DNA from: Octopus bimaculoides
Taxonomy: Eukaryota
NCBI RefSeq assembly: GCF_001194135.2
Contig: NC_068990.1
Span: forward strand, 37,809,807 to 37,873,806
DNA length: 64,000 nt
Reading direction: 5' to 3'
Below, piece by piece: positions 63,361 through 64,000 of the stretch (position 1 is its first letter; the number at the start of each line of letters is the position of its first letter). The notes under the pieces were generated by a model that had not been told where the DNA came from, ran no database searches, and was given only the letters and a program-made list of their open reading frames with translations. Made by a program: the position numbers and the translations under genes.

Positions 63361-64000
63361 CCAGTTTCCATGGATTCTTATAACTTATGCCAGATCACAA
63401 AGCAATGAATTGACAACAGCATTGAAACACTGAATAGAACACCTTGTGGTATTTGTTAATGTCCCCAGGACTCTGAGTTCAAATCCCGCCAAATTCAACT
63501 TCAAAAATCCACCCCTTTTAATGTTGATAAATAAGGCACCAATCCAATACGATGAGCGAGTCTTTTTTCTTTCCTTCTTTCTTTCTTTCTTTCTTTCTCT
63601 CCTTTATGATCTTAGATTTGGTAACACAGTACTATGAAAGTTTCAGTGGAAACTCTCTCTTAGCACAACAGAATCAGAAAGGATAGCAAACTCTTTTGAC
63701 AAAATTAAAAATCATATAAATTATTAAAAGAACTATTCACACATTAAGTCTGCGTTTCTCATCCAGAGTTTCCTGTAACCCTAGGGTTCCACAAAAGATT
63801 CCTAGGAGTTCCACGAGAAAGAGTGTGATAAGCTAAGCTAATGCTAATTTCATGATCATAATATTACTATACATGCACAACATATTATTGGTTATTGTAA
63901 TATTGTAATACAGACATCATCCTATCTAACCTATTATGTTAACAACAAATATAACAACCATATATCATCATCATCATCATCATTGTTTAACGTCTGCTTT

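Overview
AT-rich, gap-containing eukaryotic scaffold that is dense in microsatellites and interspersed repeats. The mix of repeats ((TA)n/(TACA)n/(TATC)n/(CAT)n arrays, several tRNA-derived SINE families, RTE and Tx1/L1 LINE relics, Tc1/mariner relics) resembles an octopus (coleoid cephalopod) genome; this is inference, not a database result. I could not identify any intact host protein-coding gene. Nearly all ORFs in the supplied track are microsatellite, gap or transposon artefacts, and only a few weak exon candidates remain. Supported features: one Tc1 pseudogene, three mariner copies, three further Tc1/mariner-superfamily fragments, two Tx1/L1-clade RT relics, RTE fragments, a probable Penelope RT relic, hAT-like and piggyBac-like MITEs, and many SINEs. 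The most notable signal is a ~1.2 kb head-to-head palindromic element (42705-43925). Each arm carries a minimal type I hammerhead ribozyme with a palindromic helix III, the form known from Penelope-like retroelements. Two other foldback elements (560-810 and 5769-7638) have the same layout of inverted arms ending in TA/TG microsatellites. The larger one contains a duplicated promoter-like module and a consensus 5' splice site. Coordinates of degenerate elements are approximate and were read by eye.
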